This document shows positions 23,855 through 24,183 of a stretch of 24,183 bases of DNA, piece after piece. Each line of letters opens with the position of its first letter. The first letter of the stretch is position 1. Made by a program: the position numbers and the translations under genes. The notes beneath the pieces were generated by a model. That model had not been told where the DNA came from. It saw nothing but the letters and a program-made list of their open reading frames with translations, and searched no databases. The stretch is from Patescibacteria group bacterium (lineage in GTDB: Bacteria > Patescibacteriota > Microgenomatia > UBA1406 > GWC2-37-13): contig CALRFM010000001.1 in NCBI GenBank assembly GCA_943356515.1, positions 1 through 24,183 on the forward strand, given 5' to 3'.

Positions 23855-24183
23855 AACCCACACCCACTCACTTTCTTAGCATCATAATTCCTACCTATCA
23901 ACAAGAACGAACTATTATTACCAATATTCGTCGTATTCAAAAAGTTCTAGAATCTATCCGTTACCCATATGAGATGATCGTGGTTATAGATGGAGATGAA
24001 GACAATACAACTCACCGATTAAAAAAGTCGCACATCAATAAATTGACCCTTATTTCTTATCAAAAAAATAAAGGGAAAGCATCAGCCATACGCCGTGGCA
24101 TGAAGCAGGCAAAGGGAGATTATGTAATGTTTATGGATGCAGGAAATGAAATAGATCCCAATGGCATATCAATGCTTCTTGAA
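23851..24183 (+). CDS. GT2, DPM1/polyprenol-phosphate sugar synthase-like, 3'-truncated by the window edge
   Basis: Not in the ORF track; translated by hand as MKPTPTHFLSIIIPTYQQE...EMIVVIDGDEDNT...NKGKASAIRRGMKQAKGDYVMFMDAGNEIDP. The start overlaps the upstream stop (ATGA). Confidence 0.85.
   Translation, partial: MKPTPTHFLSIIIPTYQQERTIITNIRRIQKVLESIRYPYEMIVVIDGDEDNTTHRLKKSHINKLTLISYQKNKGKASAIRRGMKQAKGDYVMFMDAGNEIDPNGISMLLE

Noticed and set aside
1-24183. Alternative genetic code (TGA=Gly, as in some CPR lineages)
   Set aside because: TGA ends pyk and several GT genes at sensible positions with ATGA coupling, and long ORFs are intact under code 11.

Overview
Gene-dense bacterial window read in standard code 11 (several genes end in TGA that overlaps the next ATG). 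The AT-rich sequence, sparse Shine-Dalgarno motifs, tiny intergenic gaps and divergent MiaA/LepA variants suggest a CPR/Patescibacteria (Microgenomates-like) genome; this is inference. Positions 1-5.7 kb hold a 5'-truncated miaA carrying a GC-rich palindrome in frame, a small membrane protein, a Cys-rich surface protein with a Pro/Thr stalk, a REP-like nested inverted repeat, and a coupled pyk-lepA pair on the minus strand. From 5.7 kb to the end is a large surface-glycan locus that changes strand six times. It encodes eight GT2 genes (one a double-GT2 fusion, one a 3'-truncated polyprenol-phosphate-sugar-synthase-like gene), one GT4, a B12-binding radical SAM enzyme, a TMTC-like GT-C/TPR membrane protein, two NDP-hexose C-methyltransferases, an SDR epimerase/reductase, a hexapeptide acyltransferase, a full Wzx flippase and an internally deleted Wzx paralog with an intact frame. 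No rRNA, tRNA, CRISPR array or transposase was recognised. All product calls come from motif recognition by eye, with no database searches.
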